Shown here piece by piece: positions 8,271 through 18,444 of a stretch of 64,000 nt of DNA. Made by a program: the position numbers and the translations under genes. The stretch covers positions 4,512,001 to 4,576,000 of the forward strand of contig OZ250150.1 in assembly GCA_965237675.1 (NCBI GenBank), given 5' to 3'. Source of the DNA: Candidatus Latescibacterota bacterium. Lineage in GTDB: Bacteria; Latescibacterota; UBA2968; GCA-2709665. Within the stretch, counting starts at the first letter, position 1; each line of letters starts with the position of its first letter. The notes beneath the pieces were generated by a model, which was not told the origin of the DNA, made no database searches, and worked only from the letters and a program-made list of their open reading frames with translations.

Positions 8271-9410
8271 TCAATCTATCCGGACATTCGTCAACATCCG
8301 CGCCTTGGTCCTGCATTCTTCGTACTCGCCTCCGGCGTCTGAATCGTGGGTCACGCCGCTGCCCACGCCGAACTCCGCAAGCCCCGTCTCCCGATCGACG
8401 GTCACCGTACGAATGGCGACATTGAACTGAGCCTCGGGGCCGGGAGATGTATATCCGATGCTGCCAGAATAGACCCCGCGCGGCGAATCCTCCAATTCCG
8501 ATATGATCTCCATTGTCCGCACCTTGGGAGCGCCGGTGACGGACCCGCAGGGGAAGGCCGCCCTCAGCACATCCGAGACCCCGACGCCGGTACGGAGACG
8601 GGACCGAACGGTGGACGTCATCTGCAGCACGGTTTCATACCGCTCCACCTCCCATAACGCCGGTGTGCGCACGCTGCCGGTTTCCGAGACCCGCCCCAGA
8701 TCGTTACGGAGCATGTCCACGATCATCACGTTCTCCGCGCGTTCCTTCGGCGAATTCCTCAATACCTCGGAATGCCGCCGGTCCTCCTCCGGCCATCGGC
8801 CTCGAGGCCGCGTGCCCTTCATCGGTCGGGCGCTCAATTCACGCGATTTCAGCCGGAAAAACAGTTCGGGAGAAGCCGAAAGAACCTGAAAGCGTCCTGT
8901 ATCCACGTAAGCCGAATACGCCGTCCGCTGGGTCCGGCAGAGGTCCTGATAGAAGGCTGCGGCGTCCCCCGAAAAATCCGCGCGCAACCGATACGTGAAG
9001 TTCACCTGGTATGTGTCGCCCGCTGCAATATAGCTGTGAATCCTGGCCACCACGTCTTCGTATTTTGCCCTGCAGATAGACGGATGCCACGCCGAAAGCG
9101 AATATGCGCGACGGGTGGGATCATCGTCCGGCCGCGCCGCAGTCCGCCGTTCAAATATCCCGAACCAGACCAGGGGCATCGCACCGGGCGCCCTTGTCTT
9201 CAGTGCGGAATCCAATCCGGCGGCCGCTTCGTACGCGATATATCCCGCGGCATGCAGGCCGCTGGACACGGCGCGTTCCACTTCCTTCAGCGCCAGGTTC
9301 ACGTCCCCGTGGCGGCGGGCGACGACCTGACCGACACATCCGGAAAAAGCAAACGAAACCCCGTCCTGATCGGATCGGTAGGATTGTAACAGTACCGTCG
9401 GCGCATCCAT
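8271..9410 (-). CDS. pabB: Aminodeoxychorismate synthase component I
   Basis: GYIAYE, GDTYQVN, SASPELF, RPMKGT, KERAENVMIVDMLRNDL, FPCGSVTGAPK, RGVYSG, FNVAIRT. Confidence 0.9.
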   Translation of the reverse strand: MDAPTVLLQSYRSDQDGVSFAFSGCVGQVVARRHGDVNLALKEVERAVSSGLHAAGYIAYEAAAGLDSALKTRAPGAMPLVWFGIFERRTAARPDDDPTRRAYSLSAWHPSICRAKYEDVVARIHSYIAAGDTYQVNFTYRLRADFSGDAAAFYQDLCRTQRTAYSAYVDTGRFQVLSASPELFFRLKSRELSARPMKGTRPRGRWPEEDRRHSEVLRNSPKERAENVMIVDMLRNDLGRVSETGSVRTPALWEVERYETVLQMTSTVRSRLRTGVGVSDVLRAAFPCGSVTGAPKVRTMEIISELEDSPRGVYSGSIGYTSPGPEAQFNVAIRTVTVDRETGLAEFGVGSGVTHDSDAGGEYEECRTKARMLTNVRID

Positions 9411-9505
9411 ACGACTCTTCCAACGGGAAGCGGGCAACACAACGTGAAACCTTGCGCATCAGTCAGCGACGCGAAAACGGTCACCAGCCGTACCCGCCCC
9501 CAGTA

Positions 9506-10327
9506 CTAACCGCCGCTCGCGGCGCGATTTTCAGCCCAGTTGCCGTACACGTCCACGTCCACGCCCTCCACCTTCGGTCTGACGCCCTTTACCATGAAGC
9601 CGGGACGCCCCATTCCCTGACCCCCCTCCTGCCGGTTGCGGGGATCCCTGAATCCCAGCCGCACCAGCCGCCGCCAGTTGCCGCTGTGGTTGACGGCCGA
9701 ACCGTGAATGGTCCACAGGTAGAACAGGACCACGTCTCCGGCCCTGGCCGGAACCGACACGGCATCCTGAAGTCGGTACTGGCCTGTGGGCAGGTGGGGC
9801 GCGGTACCGGTTCCCGTAATATGTTCCAGCTTGCCGAGCCTGTGGGACCCCTCGAGAAATTTGATGCATCCGCTGGTTTCGTCGGCGTCGTCCAGATGCA
9901 CCAGACAATCGGCGTACCGGCCGTCATGATGGGGGAAAAACGGAAGGTCCTGATGCATGGGAAACGGCGCCCCTTTGTCCGGCGGCTTCGCGTGGAGCGT
10001 CACGTGATGCAATTCGACGGCATCCGATCCCAGCAGGTCTCCGACCGCAGCGCCCAATTCCCGCTTGGTGATGGCACGGGACCAGGCCGCGGAATAGTGC
10101 TGCAACTCATGGATAGCCACAAGGGTCGCGACCGCATCCTCTTCTTCATCCATATACTTCTTCCGCCATGGCCCTTTCCAGGCCGAATCCCAGTTCGCGA
10201 ACACTTCCATGATATAGTTCAATTCTTCACCCATCTCACGCACTTCTTCTGGCGAGAACATCCCTTCCAGCCGGATGTACCCGTTTTCGCGGAAAAAAGC
10301 AACCTGCGATTCGCTCAGCATATCCAT
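9506..10327 (-). CDS. Phytanoyl-CoA dioxygenase (PhyH) family Fe(II)/2OG oxygenase
   Basis: F..NGYI, HQD, GCI.FLEGSH, AGDVVLF...TIHGS..N; AAGGAGG RBS before ATG 10327. Confidence 0.9.
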   Translation of the reverse strand: MDMLSESQVAFFRENGYIRLEGMFSPEEVREMGEELNYIMEVFANWDSAWKGPWRKKYMDEEEDAVATLVAIHELQHYSAAWSRAITKRELGAAVGDLLGSDAVELHHVTLHAKPPDKGAPFPMHQDLPFFPHHDGRYADCLVHLDDADETSGCIKFLEGSHRLGKLEHITGTGTAPHLPTGQYRLQDAVSVPARAGDVVLFYLWTIHGSAVNHSGNWRRLVRLGFRDPRNRQEGGQGMGRPGFMVKGVRPKVEGVDVDVYGNWAENRAASGG

Positions 10328-10556
10328 ATTGTAGAATCCTCCTTGCATTCGGGAATTGGCCCGATCTTTCAACTGCCGCCAGCCCGGACCGCGGGTGGAC
10401 CGGCGGTGTTGATTCGCACGTCAAATGACCGGCCTGAACAATGGCGGCTTCTTTCCTGCGCCGTGAGCGACAGGAATTTCCGGACAATCACCGAATTTGA
10501 AATGGGTCTTGAATGCCAGGGACCTCCCCGTTTGACCTGCGGATTATTTCCGCATT

Positions 10557-10946
10557 TCACCCCGAACCTCTGCCGCCAATCAGGATAAGGAACGCACTGT
10601 CCTGCCCGGCTTCCACGGCGTGGGGGACGTCTGCCGTGAACGATACCGCCGAACCGTGTTCAAGGGGCATTTTCTCATTGCCGGTCAATATCCGAATGCT
10701 CCCGCTGAGCGTGATTACGGTCGCGGGGCCTGGCGCTCGATGTTCGTGGATAAGCGCCCCTTCCCTGATGACGGTGAGTACCACCGTCATTTCTTTCCCT
10801 CTGACCAGCGTAAGCGCGTTCCGACCCGATTCGGCGAATGCTTCTTCCGCCATCAGCTGTTTCGCCATCGCAAGCAGCGGAAACGAACCGATCCACGAGG
10901 TGTCCAGATGCGACGGTCGGTAGGGTCGCTCGAATGCCGTATTCAT
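10557..10946 (-). CDS. Cupin domain protein
   Basis: HEHRAPG...LSGSI and PHAVEA cupin motifs; GGAGG RBS. Confidence 0.85.
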   Translation of the reverse strand: MNTAFERPYRPSHLDTSWIGSFPLLAMAKQLMAEEAFAESGRNALTLVRGKEMTVVLTVIREGALIHEHRAPGPATVITLSGSIRILTGNEKMPLEHGSAVSFTADVPHAVEAGQDSAFLILIGGRGSG

Positions 10947-10990
10947 TGTCGAACCTCCATTCGGGAGAAACCGAACGAAAACCGCAGTCG

Positions 10991-12490
10991 TCAGTTCTTG
11001 GTGCCCGCGCTTTCGTTGAACCAGCCTTTCAGGCTTGGATAAAGTCCGCAGTATCGGTGAAACTGTTTTTCATATTCAGTCGCCCGCACCGGGCAACACC
11101 GAACGGTCTCACCCACGCAGACCGAGCGTTCGCAGGCGGTTCCAAAATCGGGAAACACGCCCACACCCACGCCGGCAATCACGGCCGCGCCCAGCGCCGA
11201 CGCATCCTGCACCTCCAGTACCCGTACGTCCCGTCCGAACACATCGGCCTGGATCTGACGCCAGAGCGCCGACCTCGCGCCGCCTTCGCCGATTCGCAGG
11301 TCCTTTATTGACAGCCCGATGTCCTCGAAACACTCCAGAGAGCGCCTCAGATCGAACGCCACGCCCTCCATCAACGAGCGCACCAGGTGCGCTTTCGTAT
11401 GGCGCAGCGTCAATCCCATCCAGCCGCCACGGGCGCGTGCGTCGGGGTGGGGCGTTGCCGCCCCTTCCAGCCACGGAAGAAAGAAAAGCCCTTCGCTGCC
11501 GGCGGGCGCTTCCGACGCATGCCGTGTCAAGGCGGCTACGTCCTCGCCGAGTTGTGTACTCAACCAGGCCATACTCGCCCCGCACGTATATGAACAACCC
11601 AGCCAGAAAAAAGCGCCCGGAACCGCATGGCACATCGGCCAGAGCCTGTTGAAAGCCGCGGCATCCAATCGCTCCGCGAACGCGAGCGCGTGCCCCGCCG
11701 TACCGATGCCGACGTTCACAACGCCGGGTCTGATAACACCGCTGCCCACCGCCAGGCAGGAGACATCGCCGCCGCCCGCGCACACGGGCGTCTTGGCGGC
11801 CAGCCCCATTTCCACGGAAGCCCGGTCGGTCAGCGCACCAATCACGTCTGGAGACTCCGAAATAGCGGGAAACAGGTCGCGGCGCACCTCCAGGGCATCG
11901 AGAATCTCGCCACTCCAATCCCTCGCCCGAAGATCCGCGGCTGCGGATACCGACGCGTCAGACACATCCGAACCGTATGTCCCCGTCATCCGAAACCGCA
12001 CCCAATCCTTCGGAATCAGCACATACCGCGCCTCCTGGTACACATCCGGCTCGTGGGCACGCACCCACAGCACCTTGGCCAGCGTGTTGATGGGATTCAG
12101 TACGTGCATGGCTCTGGTTCGCAGCAGATCTCCCGCGCGCGCGTTTGCCGCGTCGCATTCTGCCTGCGAGCGGCGGTCGAGCCAGAGAATGGGCGCTCTC
12201 AGCGGATTGCCGGCGCCGTCCACAAACACGGCCCCGTTCATATGCCCGGACAGCGACACGCCCCGTACTTCATTAACGGATCGCCCTTGCTCCCGGAGTT
12301 CACCAGCGGCCCGGCGGGTGGTCGCACAGATCGCCCGCCACCAATCGTGGGCGTTCTGTTCCACCCAGCCCGCCTGCGGCGTCTGCATGGTGTATGTTGC
12401 ACTGGCGGAAACCAGTACCGTACCGCTTTCGTCCAGAACAACGGTCTTGGTGCTGGATGTACCCAGATCGATTCCGACAACCAGTGCCAT
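10991..12490 (-). CDS. FGGY-family carbohydrate kinase (xylulokinase-like)
   Basis: GIDLGTSSTK, SGHMNG, ILWLDRR, PKDW, DVSDAS, GGGD, LMEGVAF, GGARS..W.QI.AD. Confidence 0.9.
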   Translation of the reverse strand: MALVVGIDLGTSSTKTVVLDESGTVLVSASATYTMQTPQAGWVEQNAHDWWRAICATTRRAAGELREQGRSVNEVRGVSLSGHMNGAVFVDGAGNPLRAPILWLDRRSQAECDAANARAGDLLRTRAMHVLNPINTLAKVLWVRAHEPDVYQEARYVLIPKDWVRFRMTGTYGSDVSDASVSAAADLRARDWSGEILDALEVRRDLFPAISESPDVIGALTDRASVEMGLAAKTPVCAGGGDVSCLAVGSGVIRPGVVNVGIGTAGHALAFAERLDAAAFNRLWPMCHAVPGAFFWLGCSYTCGASMAWLSTQLGEDVAALTRHASEAPAGSEGLFFLPWLEGAATPHPDARARGGWMGLTLRHTKAHLVRSLMEGVAFDLRRSLECFEDIGLSIKDLRIGEGGARSALWRQIQADVFGRDVRVLEVQDASALGAAVIAGVGVGVFPDFGTACERSVCVGETVRCCPVRATEYEKQFHRYCGLYPSLKGWFNESAGTKN

Positions 12491-12698
12491 AAGCCAGGAC
12501 TCGCGATACAAGTGACGGGTTGAAGGCCTGCTCCCGGTGTTGCACACGATCTGTCGTATCCGGACGTTCAGGATACGGATATATTCAAACCGCGACCCGA
12601 TCCGCCCGGTTCAACCCGCAGCAACCAGGGTTCACCCTGCACCACCGGGACATGGAGAGGGATCGACGGCCCAAACCCTCCGATCCTCACCACCCGCG

Positions 12699-13625
12699 TT
12701 ATGCCCCCGCCAGAAACCTCCGCGGGTTGTTCACCAACAGATCCTCGATCGCGCCGTCCGAAACCCCTTCTTCACGCAACCGGGGAACGAACCGGGTCAA
12801 CACGTAGTCCAACCCCGGGCCGCCTCCGTAGTCTCGCCAGTAACTGGGCCGACCCAGATCGTTGCCCAGCAGAATCCGGTCGCCAAGTCCGGCGTCAATC
12901 ATCCGCTTCAGAACGGAAATGCGCAATTCATCCGGGCCGTACTTCACTTTGCCCGGGCAGTCGTAGCCCAGATAAGCGCCGGTTTCCGCAATTCGCCGAT
13001 GCTCCCAGAAATCCGGGTTCCTGTCCATATGGCTCAAACATACACGGCCCGGAGGCACACCCTGCGCGTCCAGGAACGAAACCTGATCGTATCCCATCGT
13101 TCCGGCTTCCGTATGGGTAATCACCGGCACGCCCGTTTCCACTTGTACCTTCGCCGCGATGCGCATCAGCTTCCTGTCGGCCTCGTGAAACGTATTGTAT
13201 CCGCTGCCACCCTTCACGATGCCGGCCTTCACGCCGGTTCCGTCGATCCCCACCTCGATGTCCCGGATGCAACTTCTGATCATCGCGACTTCGTCCTGTT
13301 GCAAGATCGCGCGGTCACAGAAATAGGGCTTGTTGTATCCCGTTATGACAACCACGTACACGTCGGGCACCAGGTCCGCAATCCGGATCACCTGCCGCAC
13401 ATTGCGACCGAAATCAATCGCGGACATTTCGACCATGGTTCTGCCGCCCGCGCGCGCCCAGGAACGAAGCTCCGCGGCCGATCGTTCCACGTTGTCGAGC
13501 CGGAAATCCCCATCTTCTCTCAACAGCCAGTCCGGCGCGTCGAAATACAGGTGTTCGTGGTAATCCACAATGCCCAGATCTTCGCCATCGATCTCCCCAC
13601 GCACCGTCATCACCGTTCCCATCAT
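12699..13625 (-). CDS. Phosphotriesterase-like (PTE/Php) amidohydrolase/lactonase
   Basis: TVRG, HEHL, GGRT.V, GRN, KAGIVK, THT, SHMDRN, ILLGND, NNPRR. Confidence 0.9.
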   Translation of the reverse strand: MMGTVMTVRGEIDGEDLGIVDYHEHLYFDAPDWLLREDGDFRLDNVERSAAELRSWARAGGRTMVEMSAIDFGRNVRQVIRIADLVPDVYVVVITGYNKPYFCDRAILQQDEVAMIRSCIRDIEVGIDGTGVKAGIVKGGSGYNTFHEADRKLMRIAAKVQVETGVPVITHTEAGTMGYDQVSFLDAQGVPPGRVCLSHMDRNPDFWEHRRIAETGAYLGYDCPGKVKYGPDELRISVLKRMIDAGLGDRILLGNDLGRPSYWRDYGGGPGLDYVLTRFVPRLREEGVSDGAIEDLLVNNPRRFLAGA

Positions 13626-14380
13626 GCCCCCTGACCGAGGTCAATCCCGGATAAGAAATCCGTCCACACCTCCGCCATGCGCGCCACACATTCGTGAAAC
13701 CACCGCTCGCCCTTCTCAGCGGAAGCGACCGTGGCATCGCCGAACACACCTGACGTGGACAGACTGCCCAGGGTCCGCGTGGACATCTCGTACTCCACGG
13801 ACCGCGGCGGATACTCCCTGACGGCCAGTTCCATCCGGACCCACTCGGGCCTCAGGTAGAGCATGAGGGACGTTTCAAACTCTTCCGCGTGAAAATTCAT
13901 CGGCGCCCATTGCGGAGACTCCGCATCCGCCATCACTTCATCCAACCCGGGATAGAAGACGTTCAACACCTTCAAATCCAGTTCGTCGACAAGCTCCCTG
14001 GCGGTCATCTTCAACGGGACGGGATTCGCGCCGTGACCCGAAAGCGTCATCAGCGCGCGGCAGCCGCTCCGGTGCCCGCTGCGCGCCAGGTCTTTCACCA
14101 CCTCCCTGAAGGTATCGAACGAGAACGTGAGGGTACCCGGATAGTCGCGCCAGCTCCAGGAGTACCCCACCTGGATCACCGGCAACACGAGTCCCGAACT
14201 CCTTTTAGCGACTTCGATGGCCAGAGCCTCGGCGAGCACCGTATCGGTGTTCTGGGGCAGATGAGGCCCGTGCTGCTCGGTTGCCCCCAGGGGCAGGATC
14301 GCAACCGGCGTTTTCGACAGGAAATCTCTACACTCCGGCCAGGTTGCCGTTGCCGCATCCAACCAATCTGACTCGCTCAT
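13622..14380 (-). CDS. Creatininase / creatinine amidohydrolase family
   Basis: LPLGATEQHGPHLPxxTD, GHGAN, HAEEFETS, GVFGD...AEKG. Confidence 0.92.
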   Translation of the reverse strand: MSESDWLDAATATWPECRDFLSKTPVAILPLGATEQHGPHLPQNTDTVLAEALAIEVAKRSSGLVLPVIQVGYSWSWRDYPGTLTFSFDTFREVVKDLARSGHRSGCRALMTLSGHGANPVPLKMTARELVDELDLKVLNVFYPGLDEVMADAESPQWAPMNFHAEEFETSLMLYLRPEWVRMELAVREYPPRSVEYEMSTRTLGSLSTSGVFGDATVASAEKGERWFHECVARMAEVWTDFLSGIDLGQGA

Positions 14381-14440
14381 ACCGTATCTCCCGGGACAAA
14401 CACCGCATCCGGCATGAAATACGACCGAAGCACGCCGACG

Positions 14441-16186
14441 TCAAGGTCCCGCCTCCGAAACGACCACTTCCCGGTTCACCTTCAGGTCGTAGAACTTCTG
14501 GCGCGTTCCGCCCGGCCACCGCACCTCCATGCTGTCCACACTCGCCTCGCCGTCCACGCCAACGTGTACCCGAGTATCGTTCTGCGACTGGTATCCGGAC
14601 CCGGCCCGCACCTCCCGCACCTGCCGCAGCCCCCCCGCCCAGACCGTCACCCTCGCCCCGACCCCTGACCCGTTTGTCGATCCCGGTCCCTGGCCCCGGC
14701 CCCTCAGAGTCAGTTTCAACCAGTGACCGCGATTCCCGCCGTCGTTCCGCAACACGTCCACACCCGACACCACCCCCACGGGTATCCGGCAATATCGATT
14801 CAACACGGCGATATCCAGATCACCGTCGTTATCGAAATCGAAGCACACCGCGCCCCGGCTCTGACGTCTCAGCATCAATCCCGATCCGGACGTGGATGAA
14901 ACGTCGTCGAAGCCTCCATTTCCCGTGTTTCGAAACAGAAAATTGCTTTGCGCCGTGGACGCACCCGGGTCAACCCGCTCGATTCCGTCCTGCACATGCC
15001 CGTTTGCCAGGAACAGATCCAGCCAGCCGTCGTTGTCGTAGTCGAAAAAAAAGACGCCCCAACCCAGCACTCCGCGGGTGGACCGCCCGAGGCGCGACGG
15101 AAAGGCCACATCCAGAAACAAGCCCGCGCCTTCGTTCCGGTAGAACGCAAACGCTTCATCCTGAAACGCCGTGGTTGCCAGGTCGAACCTGCCGTCGTTA
15201 TTATAATCCCCGGCCGCCACCCCCATGGTCGCCTGCGCATTGCCGTTGCCGTCGAAGGCCGTGCCCGAGATCAAACCCACGTCCGAAAAACGCCCCCCCG
15301 GCCAGGGTCCATCGTTGTGAAACAGGCTGTTCCCGCCCTGGTCGTCGGAAACGAACAGATCCGGATCGCCGTCCCCGTCGTAGTCGGAAAACACCACCCC
15401 CATGGCCCGCCCGTCGGCGGCGTCCACGCCCACCTGCACCGCGACATCCACGAATCGCCCGTTGCCATCGTTCCGGTAGAATCGATTCGACGCCGCGGGA
15501 AAATTCAACGGGCTGGCATAGAGCGGAAGATCTCCACGCGCCCTTTCCCGAAGGGTTTCGGAGAGATAGGGAATCCGGCTCCCCCCGCCCTCTTCGCCGA
15601 GCCGGTAACGCACGTAGTTCGCGACGTACAGATCCAGGTCGCCGTCGCCGTCGTAATCCGCGAAGGCAACGCCGCCGCCCCATCCTTCATCGCCCACCCC
15701 CGCCTCCTCGGTCGCGTCGACAAATCGTCCATCTCCCTCGTTGCGATACAATACGTTCGGGCCGTAGTTACTTACGTACAGATCCAGGTCGCCATCGTTA
15801 TCGTAGTCGGCGGCCGCACATCCCATCCCATATCCAGTATCGCCCACCCCGGCCTCGCGCGTCACATCCGCAAAGCGACCGTTGCCCAGATTTCGATAGA
15901 GCCGGTTGACCGCGGGCGCGTCCGGCGCGTCGTTGGCCGGCCAAGACGCCCCATTCACGACATAGAGATCCACCCATCCGTCGTTGTCGTAATCGAAGGC
16001 AGCCAGCCCTCCGCCGTTGACCTCCGGCGGGTAAAAGGCCCCGGAAGCGCCGTTCACATGCTCAAAATCGATGCCAATCTCGCGTGACACTTCCACGAAC
16101 TGAGGGCGTTGATCGCCTGTCGTGGAAAACGGCATCCACAGGAACGTGCTCCAGGCAGTTACCGCGAACAACACGTCCCGTCTCAT
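14441..16186 (-). CDS. CRTAC1 / ASPIC-UnbV FG-GAP repeat exported protein
   Basis: Repeated DYDNDGxxDL motifs; C-terminal GARVTV...GSGYQSQ...H.G....VRWPGG; signal peptide. Confidence 0.92.
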   Translation of the reverse strand: MRRDVLFAVTAWSTFLWMPFSTTGDQRPQFVEVSREIGIDFEHVNGASGAFYPPEVNGGGLAAFDYDNDGWVDLYVVNGASWPANDAPDAPAVNRLYRNLGNGRFADVTREAGVGDTGYGMGCAAADYDNDGDLDLYVSNYGPNVLYRNEGDGRFVDATEEAGVGDEGWGGGVAFADYDGDGDLDLYVANYVRYRLGEEGGGSRIPYLSETLRERARGDLPLYASPLNFPAASNRFYRNDGNGRFVDVAVQVGVDAADGRAMGVVFSDYDGDGDPDLFVSDDQGGNSLFHNDGPWPGGRFSDVGLISGTAFDGNGNAQATMGVAAGDYNNDGRFDLATTAFQDEAFAFYRNEGAGLFLDVAFPSRLGRSTRGVLGWGVFFFDYDNDGWLDLFLANGHVQDGIERVDPGASTAQSNFLFRNTGNGGFDDVSSTSGSGLMLRRQSRGAVCFDFDNDGDLDIAVLNRYCRIPVGVVSGVDVLRNDGGNRGHWLKLTLRGRGQGPGSTNGSGVGARVTVWAGGLRQVREVRAGSGYQSQNDTRVHVGVDGEASVDSMEVRWPGGTRQKFYDLKVNREVVVSEAGP

Positions 16187-16228
16187 ACCCGGCTCCGCAT
16201 TCCGTCCCGCCCGCCCGCGCGATCCTGT

Positions 16229-17047
16229 TCAGGTCGAAGGGGGGGTGACCTCGGCGTCATCGCCTGAAGCTTTATAGAGATTCCCGGTGGGAATATCCGT
16301 CATCAACGCGTGGCCGGGTGTGTAGGAGAGCGCCAGCGGAAGCCGTGCCTGTTGAGCCGCAAGACTGGGAGTCACGCCACAGGCCCAGTAGAGGCGGTCG
16401 GTGCCCTCCGGAACCTGTATCGAATTTCCTGATATCGTCGTATCGAGATCCTGAATGCCCAGTGCGTTGCCGTTATTCCTGCCCAGCGGCGCCCCGTGGC
16501 ATTCCGGGAAGTGGCTTGTGAACTCCCATACGGCATCGCAACGTTCGGGTAGAAAGCTGCGCATTGTGACCGCCATCTTGCTTCTGAATCTGCCCACCGG
16601 CTCGCAGTCCAGGTCCGTCAGCTGAATACACGGCCCAAATGCGGCTTCGTACCCCTTCTCCACCAGGAGTCCGTCGAAAGACACGCTGGAACCGATCAGA
16701 AAAGTCACCATACGCCCGGAATAAAGGGAGACCACGTCCTGCCGCTGCTCGACCACCACGCCTTCCCGGATCACGTCGTACGAGCCGAGGTCGGTGCGAA
16801 TGTCGAGCACGCGCGCCATTGCCGGACAATCCGTCCGTCCGGCGGGCATCACGGCCAGCAGCGGACACGGTTTCGGATTCGCCCGGCAGAATCCCTCAAA
16901 CTCCGCGGCGTAGTCCTCGTCCATCATCACCACATTCACACACAGATACCCCGAAAGCGCGCGCGAAGCCACCGTTTTCAGGGTATTCTGGCGGCATGCG
17001 AGCCGCACCTCCAGCGGAGATCGAAACACCAGGGGTTCCATCACCAT
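16229..17047 (-). CDS. DUF1445 family putative hydro-lyase (D-glutamate cyclase-like)
   Basis: FCRANPKPCPLL, DIRTD, VTFLIG.S.SF, MAVTMR, HGAP, WACGVTP, PGH.L.TD. Confidence 0.85.
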   Translation of the reverse strand: MVMEPLVFRSPLEVRLACRQNTLKTVASRALSGYLCVNVVMMDEDYAAEFEGFCRANPKPCPLLAVMPAGRTDCPAMARVLDIRTDLGSYDVIREGVVVEQRQDVVSLYSGRMVTFLIGSSVSFDGLLVEKGYEAAFGPCIQLTDLDCEPVGRFRSKMAVTMRSFLPERCDAVWEFTSHFPECHGAPLGRNNGNALGIQDLDTTISGNSIQVPEGTDRLYWACGVTPSLAAQQARLPLALSYTPGHALMTDIPTGNLYKASGDDAEVTPPST

Positions 17048-17054
17048 TCTTCCC

Positions 17055-18338
17055 TTAAAGAAGCTTCTGATGCTGAAGCACAACCTTCCTGAACGCCGTG
17101 GCGAACTGATCGATGAACCCGTCCGCGGCCTGGATATGGCCGGAATAGGACAGCACACGCGAACCCATCTCTTCCGAAATCGGGAAGTCCCCCTCGCGAT
17201 AACGAGGCAGGGGTACATTTGCCGGCCCCTCGTGCCCGGCTCCCCACAGACCCGGCAGATCCTTTGTGTAAATCGCCCGCAGATGTTCCACGTGTCCCAG
17301 CCCGGGGCCGTTCAGGGGTGCGCCCTCGGCCCGCATCGCCGCCACGAATCGTCCCGCAGGCAACCCGCCCAACGCTTCCGGGTCGTAGACGAACTTGATC
17401 CCGCCGTAGAGTTCCACGCCCCGGGCTTTCTTGAAGTTGCAAACCGGCCGGATGCCCGGCAGTCCCTCGATTTTTCGAAACAGGGCCTCCCGGTTGGCTT
17501 CAAACCGGTCCAGCCGTTCGGGAAGATGCCCCAGAGAGACCAGCCCGATTGCCATGGCCAGTGGATGCGGCCGCCATTTCCATCCGAGAAGCTGCGGTTC
17601 CAATTCACGGTAGACCGGATTCGTGAGTTCCTCCACCGCGCCCGGTCGGTGCAGATGGCAGTAGATTAACGCGCGCTCGTACAGCTCGCGGTCGTTCGTC
17701 GCCACAATACCCGCCTCGCCGCCCGCTACCGGCTTGCCCCCGGGCGTCCCGCCCTGCATGCTGAAGCACGCGATATGACCCAGGTTGCCAATCTTCACCC
17801 CGTCCCATTCGCTGCCGTGCGCGTGAGCCGCATCCTCCACGACCACCAGCCGGTGGGCATCCGCCAGGTCCAGCAACCGGTCCATATCGCACACCCGTCC
17901 GCAGGAATGAATGGGTGAAATCACGCGCGTTTTATCCGTGATTCGCCGCGCCACGTCGGCCGGATCCATCAGCAGCGTCTCCGGATCGATCTCGCAGAAA
18001 ACGGGCGTGGCGCCCATATGCAGCGCGCCGGCATAGCTGCCTATATATCCGATTGCGGGTGTGATAAATTCATCGCCCGCACCCAGACCCGCGGCGAAGA
18101 ATCCGCTGGCCAGGGCCGTATGCCCGTGGCTGGTTGTCAGTACGTATTTACAGCCCACGTACTCTGCGAACCGTTCTTCGAATTCTTTCGGAACCCCAGA
18201 TCCCGACCCGGAGAGATAGCCCTCGTCTATCAGGGCGCACACCGCCGCTTTCTCCGCTTCTACAGGGCGCCGCCACTGCTCCCCGCTATCGGCCGTAATC
18301 GCCTTTTCTCCACCGAGAACCGCAAGTTCTGTTGTCAT
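17055..18338 (-). CDS. DegT/DnrJ/EryC1/StrS PLP-dependent aminotransferase (second copy)
   Basis: LAVLGG, GDEFITP, EDAAHAHG, FSMQGGTPGGKPVAGGEAG; start at MTTEL. Confidence 0.88.
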   Translation of the reverse strand: MTTELAVLGGEKAITADSGEQWRRPVEAEKAAVCALIDEGYLSGSGSGVPKEFEERFAEYVGCKYVLTTSHGHTALASGFFAAGLGAGDEFITPAIGYIGSYAGALHMGATPVFCEIDPETLLMDPADVARRITDKTRVISPIHSCGRVCDMDRLLDLADAHRLVVVEDAAHAHGSEWDGVKIGNLGHIACFSMQGGTPGGKPVAGGEAGIVATNDRELYERALIYCHLHRPGAVEELTNPVYRELEPQLLGWKWRPHPLAMAIGLVSLGHLPERLDRFEANREALFRKIEGLPGIRPVCNFKKARGVELYGGIKFVYDPEALGGLPAGRFVAAMRAEGAPLNGPGLGHVEHLRAIYTKDLPGLWGAGHEGPANVPLPRYREGDFPISEEMGSRVLSYSGHIQAADGFIDQFATAFRKVVLQHQKLL

Positions 18339-18444
18339 CAACGGTTTCCTCTTCCTCAGATTGCGAACCCCGCGCCGAAGCTCGCTTCGGGCGGGGCCTT
18401 GACTCAACGGTCGCGCTGGAACGACGATCTCGCACGCCTGTACC

